Assembly (NCBI GenBank): GCA_964016885.1
Contig: OZ024743.1
Coordinates: 320,044,001-320,108,000 of the forward strand
DNA length: 64,000 nt
Direction: 5' to 3'
DNA from: Eledone cirrhosa
Taxonomy: Eukaryota
Shown: positions 63,137 through 64,000 of the stretch, piece by piece
Layout: the number at the start of each line of letters is the position of its first letter
Position numbering within the stretch: position 1 is the first letter of the stretch
Position numbers and translations under genes: made by a program
Notes under the pieces: generated by a model
Databases searched by the model: none
What the model was told of the DNA's origin: nothing
The model's input: the letters and a program-made list of their open reading frames with translations, nothing else

Positions 63137-64000
63137 GTTTTCTTTATTAACCACAAGGGTTTACATAAAGTAGACATTAAGGACAGTACAGGACAATACA
63201 GGACGGTACAAATGGTCATTTCTGCGTGTAAAAAAAAACAGTGGATGAAATAAAATAACAAAGAAAAATTCCCCACTAGGGGGGAGACTTCCGAGGGACA
63301 TTTGTGGAGAAAGCCCATTAAAAACCACAGTGGCCCTGACCACCAGGGCAAGTGCCCTCTCCCAGTCTTCCACCTTTAATTTACAGACACATACTCAGAG
63401 AAGGCCCATTCATTCGGGCCATACTTGCTTCTCTCACCCATCTTTCAACAAAATGCTGGGAAGAGAGCCCTTCCCTCTCTACCCTGATTTTCCTTTTCAG
63501 ATGAAATTTGAAAAAGTTAATCAGGGCATCACCGAAGAGGTAAGTGCTCGTCTTCAGCCCTTTCAAACGTGTCCACCATACTATCTCTTTCGCCATGGCC
63601 ACCAGACAGATAAAAACTGCCTGCCCTTCCCAGCTAAAGGAAGAGGGCGGGGCAATCCTCACGATGGACTAAGCTGATAGCTGGATCCGTCCTACACGTG
63701 ACAGCAGGTGTTCGACATAAACCCACAAGTCAGCAATGCTCGGACACTGGACGAGTGCGTGCAGGACGGTTTCGTCGCCCTGTGCGCATCTCGGACATGC
63801 CCGGCTGACGGCACCTCCATGCCTGTAAAGTTTATCCCGAACTGGCAAAGCACCCCGGTAGCACTATCAGGCCAGGGATTTCTGGAAGTTGTCCATAGGC
63901 CCCGGCCCGAAAGTCCTTCCGAAGAGATTGGCTAGTTGATTTTCGTCGACGCCTAGAGTTTCTACAAGTACGTCGTCGCTCTTCCCCTCCACTAATCCCC
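63137..64000 (-). mobile_element. 3' end of another Tx1 family A copy, continuing past the window edge
   Basis: Matches 42942-43650 and 36882-37750; abuts (AAT)n. Confidence 0.92.

Overview
Eukaryotic, AT- and microsatellite-rich, apparently gene-free DNA made almost entirely of transposable elements. The repeat style suggests an invertebrate, possibly a cephalopod (inference only). From left to right: an RTE-clade LINE 3' part with a PHD-like finger (1-2400); a ~34 kb zone of (TA)n-associated Penelope-like element (PLE) material, including two Neptune-type elements, one Naiad-type element and several non-coding fold-back or inverted-repeat mini-elements; a heavily decayed Helitron (~10.3-13.4 kb); and a >27 kb array (36.9-64 kb) of L1/Tx1-type LINEs (minus strand) and four R4/Dong-type RLE elements (plus strand), each separated by (AAT)n. 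By eye I find about 19 type-I hammerhead ribozyme (HHR) motifs, counting intact, degenerate and truncated ones, from roughly 10 unrelated sequence families. Most have palindromic, dimer-type stem III. Several carry non-canonical cores: a compensatory U3-A8 pair, A6G, U4C, or a mismatch at 10.1-11.1. All calls are from manual reading; boundaries are approximate and no searches or folding were run.
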